A DNA stretch of 60,485 bases, filler included. It is 4 parts of 4 records of this genome, joined end to end, with 100 filler letters (N's around TTAATTAATTAA, not from the genome) between each part and the next. Parts side by side here need not be neighbours in the genome. Positions count along the whole stretch, not along the records: positions 45,221 to 60,485 come from SRR2962707_4949; 3 more parts are not named here. One strand, written 5' to 3'. Positions 57,036 through 60,485 of the stretch are shown here, piece after piece. The stretch's first letter is position 1. Every line of letters begins with the position of its first letter. A model generated the notes under the pieces. The model was not told the origin of the DNA. It saw nothing but the letters and a program-made list of their open reading frames with translations, and ran no database searches. Position numbers and translations under genes: made by a program.

Positions 57036-57132
57036 TGGTTAAATGTTAAATAAATGATAACTAAAAGTTACTTAAAACTGAGTGTCCAACTCGCTAACGT
57101 TGCCCTAAAAAATTAAAGTAAGGAAAGTAAAA

Positions 57133-59736
57133 ATGAAGAGCCGCCTGATTGGGTTTAAACCCAGTAAAACGTTTATTGCTGTATCACTTGCTACTAGCGC
57201 TGTTATTTCAAGCAACGCGTTTGCAGCGAGTTGTGACGGCATAAACACTTACCCAGACTTCCCACAATTAGATTGGCAAGGCAGCCCTAGCCACGCCAAC
57301 GCAGGGGATTTAATGCAGCATGAAAACAGTGCTTACAAAGCGAAGTGGTATACAAATTCAATTCCAGGGAGTGATGGTAGTTGGGCCTTCGAACATCAAT
57401 GTGGAGATCCTACGGATCCAACTGACCCTACAGATCCAACCGACCCTACAGATCCCACCATTCCAACAGACCCGAAACTAGGTGAGATATGTAAAGACTA
57501 CAGTATTTGGAGCCAAGGTACTGTCGCTAAAGCTGGCGATACACTGGTGAATGATGAATATATCGCTTACACCGCTAAATGGGAAACATCTTCACGCCCA
57601 GGTAGCGATGACACCTGGAACTGGCAAGTAAATTGCGACGGTACTGAACAAGGCACAGCACCACTGCTTTCATTACCCAATGCCAATGATCCGGTTAATT
57701 TAGAAATGCCTGGTTGGCCTAGTGACTTTGTGGTTGCAAGCCCAGCATCTTCGGCGCCAGCTCATCTTAGCGTTAATCTAATTAGCAGTGCTGATTTAGC
57801 GGATATCACTAAACTTACTAATGATTTTGTTGCTGCCATTGGCCAAGCTGCACAAGCTGGCACTACATCTATCATTCTACAAAGCAATGTTCTTGATAAT
57901 ATTACCTTAGATAAAGGCGTCTCTTTAGGGACGATAAGTGTTAAACAAGCTTTAACTGATGCCTTAGCAACAACAAATAAAAGCGGCAGTATCAACGTTG
58001 CCGACATTGACGCCTTAACCGATGACGCCATGGGTTGGGCGCAGGCACAAAACTTAATCATGACAGCAATCGCACCTAATGCGACTTTTGGTTGGTCATT
58101 AAGCATTGGTGACTTTGCTTTTGATACTCATTCAGGTAAGCGCTCAGTATGGAATGCAGCGTCAAAGGATACAGCTGACTTACTTGATACCTTATCGCTG
58201 TATAAAGGTGCATCTAAAGCAGATTTTATTGCCTTTACTAAATCAAGTAGCTCCGCAAGCTTAACTAGCGATCAATGGCATAACGCCCTTGAATACGTAA
58301 AACAAGTAACCGATTTTGTACAAGCACCGGCGATGCTGTCATCAGTACCGACTGCACAGGCTGCAACTTACTTTATGGGTAACACTTTAGGCGAAAGTAA
58401 TATCCGCAAAGCCGCGCACAGTAATCTATTTGCTATCTTATTTGATACTGACAGCACTGATTTAACAAATAAAATAGCCAGCTATCAGAGCAGCCCTGTG
58501 CCTCTTTATTATGTTGGTACACCTGCTAATGTCTCATCTCTAACTAGTATCGCATCATTGAACAGTGATTTAACTAATGCTGAAACAGTGATGGACAGTG
58601 AAGTCTTCTTGTATGAAACACCCAATTCAACTTGGGTTCCTTCAACTATTTATAAATGGGCTGACTTTTTAACAGGCTTAAACTCAATGCATAACGTGGG
58701 TGTTGCTGGTGAAAAGTTCTGGCTAATTGACAGCTCAGCAGACGATGCCACCAATGCTATTTACGCTAAAGTAGCTATTGCAGCGTTTTTATCACAAAGC
58801 ATGCAAGAAACCATACGTTTCGATGCCTGTGATGAGAACAATTGGTCAGAGGTAAAATACGGCGCAGCCGTCGACTACCCAATGACCGCCAGCTGTGGTC
58901 AATTAGGGCAAAAATATGCTGATTACGGTACTAATCCGGTTTCAGGAAACGATCATCCATACTCATGCCCACGCGATGAAAAGATGGAGCAAACAGCCAC
59001 CACACATGCTAAATGGTATGGCGCACCAGCCCCCATATTTGTGGCTCCCGATGCCGTACTTGCAGAGCAAGGTTTATTAGTTAATGGCAAAGTAGGTCGT
59101 TGGACCAATGCCGGCCACTGTAATACCGTACCAACCGCTATCGATACCTCTAAACAAGTTTACGAGCGCGACGAATGTAAGCAATACGTAGGTCAAAAAG
59201 CCGGCAGCTTTATTTGGGATGGTAGTGATGAAAGTGTGCAAGGCTGTGGCTGGTGGGGTCGTGGTGTAATTCAAACCACAGGCCGTCAAAACTTCGGTAC
59301 TTTAAATCACTTTGTTGGCCGCTCACATGTTGACCCTGATACCATTGGCACAACCATTGACGGCGTAACTGTTGCAGCTGCACCAGAAAGTCCGCTATAC
59401 GCAGACTTAGATTTATGTTCAAACCCAGGACTGGTTTGTAGCTCAGAAGAACATAAAGAAATTAAGTGGATTGCCGGTTTATTCTTCTGGGTTAATTCAG
59501 TACAAGCCTATGACAATACAGGTGGCCCATACGCCGGTTGGGACTACTACACAGAGCTGAAAAACTATGTGGATGGTGGCTTACAAGGCACCGCCTTTGT
59601 GGATGCGGTATCTGGTATTGTAAACCGTGGTTGCCCTGATGATCATTGCCCAGTGAGTGGTGAAGTACACGCGATTGAAGAGCGCCGCGCTAACTTTAAA
59701 CTAGTACTACAAAAACTGGGATTAAATCCGCTTTAA
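57133..59736 (+). CDS. Secreted multidomain chitinase: two CBM5/12-like modules, unexplained middle domain, C-terminal GH19
   Basis: Signal peptide; YKAKWYT..PG...W and YTAKWET..PG...W; AAFLSQSMQET and WGRGVIQTTGRQNF GH19 motifs; GIVN. Confidence 0.85.
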   Translation: MKSRLIGFKPSKTFIAVSLATSAVISSNAFAASCDGINTYPDFPQLDWQGSPSHANAGDLMQHENSAYKAKWYTNSIPGSDGSWAFEHQCGDPTDPTDPTDPTDPTDPTIPTDPKLGEICKDYSIWSQGTVAKAGDTLVNDEYIAYTAKWETSSRPGSDDTWNWQVNCDGTEQGTAPLLSLPNANDPVNLEMPGWPSDFVVASPASSAPAHLSVNLISSADLADITKLTNDFVAAIGQAAQAGTTSIILQSNVLDNITLDKGVSLGTISVKQALTDALATTNKSGSINVADIDALTDDAMGWAQAQNLIMTAIAPNATFGWSLSIGDFAFDTHSGKRSVWNAASKDTADLLDTLSLYKGASKADFIAFTKSSSSASLTSDQWHNALEYVKQVTDFVQAPAMLSSVPTAQAATYFMGNTLGESNIRKAAHSNLFAILFDTDSTDLTNKIASYQSSPVPLYYVGTPANVSSLTSIASLNSDLTNAETVMDSEVFLYETPNSTWVPSTIYKWADFLTGLNSMHNVGVAGEKFWLIDSSADDATNAIYAKVAIAAFLSQSMQETIRFDACDENNWSEVKYGAAVDYPMTASCGQLGQKYADYGTNPVSGNDHPYSCPRDEKMEQTATTHAKWYGAPAPIFVAPDAVLAEQGLLVNGKVGRWTNAGHCNTVPTAIDTSKQVYERDECKQYVGQKAGSFIWDGSDESVQGCGWWGRGVIQTTGRQNFGTLNHFVGRSHVDPDTIGTTIDGVTVAAAPESPLYADLDLCSNPGLVCSSEEHKEIKWIAGLFFWVNSVQAYDNTGGPYAGWDYYTELKNYVDGGLQGTAFVDAVSGIVNRGCPDDHCPVSGEVHAIEERRANFKLVLQKLGLNPL
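57406..57474 (+). repeat. Coding (Asp-Pro-Thr)n linker repeat
   Basis: DPTDPTDPTDPTDPTDPTIPTDP, degenerate 9-nt units. Confidence 0.9.
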
Positions 59737-59769
59737 GCGAAACATTAAACAATCCTACAACAACACCAT

Positions 59770-59806
59770 AATATGCCCGCTAATTAAAAATTAGCGGGCA
59801 TATTTA
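59770..59806 (+). terminator. Rho-independent terminator after the chitinase
   Basis: AATATGCCCGCTAATT-AAA-AATTAGCGGGCATATT. Confidence 0.8.
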
Positions 59807-59952
59807 TCCTTCCCTGACTTTGAGAGTTATATCTAAATCGCATGACCCATTTATAGCCTTTTTTTGGTACTCAAAAACCACAGCAAGGTCGTCTTCAAGA
59901 CTACTTACAAATAGGTTAAATTGCAGTTTTTTACATTTCATCATATCTTCCC

Positions 59953-59982
59953 TCGACATTGTAAAAAAAACAACGTTATACT
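59953..59982 (+). promoter_or_regulatory. Sigma70-like promoter of the leader ORF/TonB receptor unit
   Basis: TCGACA-N18-TATACT just upstream of ATG 59991. Confidence 0.5.
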
Positions 59983-59990
59983 ATCACCTA

Positions 59991-60290
59991 ATGAAATACA
60001 TGAATTTACACTCGCTCAGACATAATAAAACACTCTTAAAATATTTAATGGTGTGTTTGCTGCTGTTTAGTGTTTTTTCACCGTGGCACTCAACCGTGCA
60101 CGCAGTGCAAAATAGCACTGAATGCCAACTCTGCATAAATTCGTTTGATTTTGACGATTTTTTATCCCCTACCGCCAGCGTTTTTGAACCTGAAACAAAC
60201 CTATACGGTGCTGTTTTAACTGTTCTGCCCTCTTTATTTGGCGGATCAGTTGTAACCACTGGAAACCGCGATCCACCGAGTACGCTTTAA
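59991..60290 (+). CDS. DUF2946/CruR-like leader protein (TM/signal, HxxxH, CxxC, C-terminal RDPP)
   Basis: Hydrophobic N-terminal segment, WHSTVH, CQLC, GNRDPPSTL-stop; start 59991 or 60000. Confidence 0.75.
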   Translation: MKYMNLHSLRHNKTLLKYLMVCLLLFSVFSPWHSTVHAVQNSTECQLCINSFDFDDFLSPTASVFEPETNLYGAVLTVLPSLFGGSVVTTGNRDPPSTL

Positions 60291-60374
60291 AATTTACTAT
60301 TAAAAATCGTTTTACACAGACTGTTTGTCATCAGGCAAACAGCCCGTTTTAGTGCAAATTTTAGAGATAAAATA

Positions 60375-60485
60375 ATGAAAATTAAGTATTCACCATTAGT
60401 TTTAGCGGTATTAACTGCTATCAGTTCACATGCCATGGCAGCAGAGAAACAAATTCAAAAAGATGAAAGCGATTTAGAAAAAATT
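60375..60485 (+). CDS. N-terminus of a probable TonB-dependent receptor (truncated by window end)
   Basis: MKIKYSPLVLAVLTAISSHAMA-AEKQIQKDESDLEKI: Sec signal followed by the start of a TonB-box-like LEKI; GAGA RBS. Confidence 0.6.
   Translation, partial: MKIKYSPLVLAVLTAISSHAMAAEKQIQKDESDLEKI

Noticed and set aside
57406-57474. Periodic repeat as a possible CRISPR array or VNTR
   Set aside because: In-frame DPT linker with synonymous variation; no spacers or cas genes anywhere in the window
59820-59990. N-terminal extension of the leader ORF given in the ORF track (156 aa)
   Set aside because: TTG start directly after a terminator, and the extension spans the predicted promoter; ATG 59991 or 60000 is more plausible

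Overview
The window is not one locus. It is four contigs joined by 100-nt artificial spacers (44 N + TTAATTAATTAA + 44 N) at 16726-16825, 35227-35326 and 45121-45220. Segment 1 (1-16725; mid-GC alphaproteobacterium, Thalassospira-like by inference) holds a radC fragment, a VOC gene whose 3' end is duplicated around an SRPBCC/NmrA/LysR cassette, two paralogous modules of membrane-anchored AraC regulator(s) plus a MipA/OmpV beta-barrel that share a conserved, identically spaced upstream operator, an oppABCDF operon between them, and an HD-GYP fragment. Segment 2 (16826-35226; high-GC alphaproteobacterium) holds a tRNA(Ser-like) 3' end with two downstream partial repeats enclosing a structured element and a one-gene lipoprotein islet, a ~16-kb aryl-polyene-type biosynthetic cluster with an MIO ammonia-lyase and a halogenase-like flavoenzyme, a TipA-like MerR regulator with its dyad promoter, and a katG fragment. 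Segment 3 (35327-45120; similar to segment 1) holds tusA-like, elaA-like, an EAL-GGDEF-DUF2336 c-di-GMP operon, a second GGDEF, a lipoprotein, a SPOR protein and a Lon-like protease fragment. Segment 4 (45221-60485; AT-rich gammaproteobacterium, Pseudoalteromonas-like by inference) holds phnA/yjdM, an MFS, a two-component system, a delta-class carbonic anhydrase homolog, a C15-like peptidase with Ser in place of the catalytic Cys, GH43, a TonB receptor plus PepSY, a multidomain GH19 chitinase with a NagR-like box, and a CxxC...RDPP leader ORF in front of a TonB-receptor-like gene. The best candidates for new biology are the AraC(TM)-MipA modules with their shared operator, the RDPP arrest-peptide-like leader, and the tRNA-linked mini-islet. 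All family calls come from motif recognition by eye; no searches were run.
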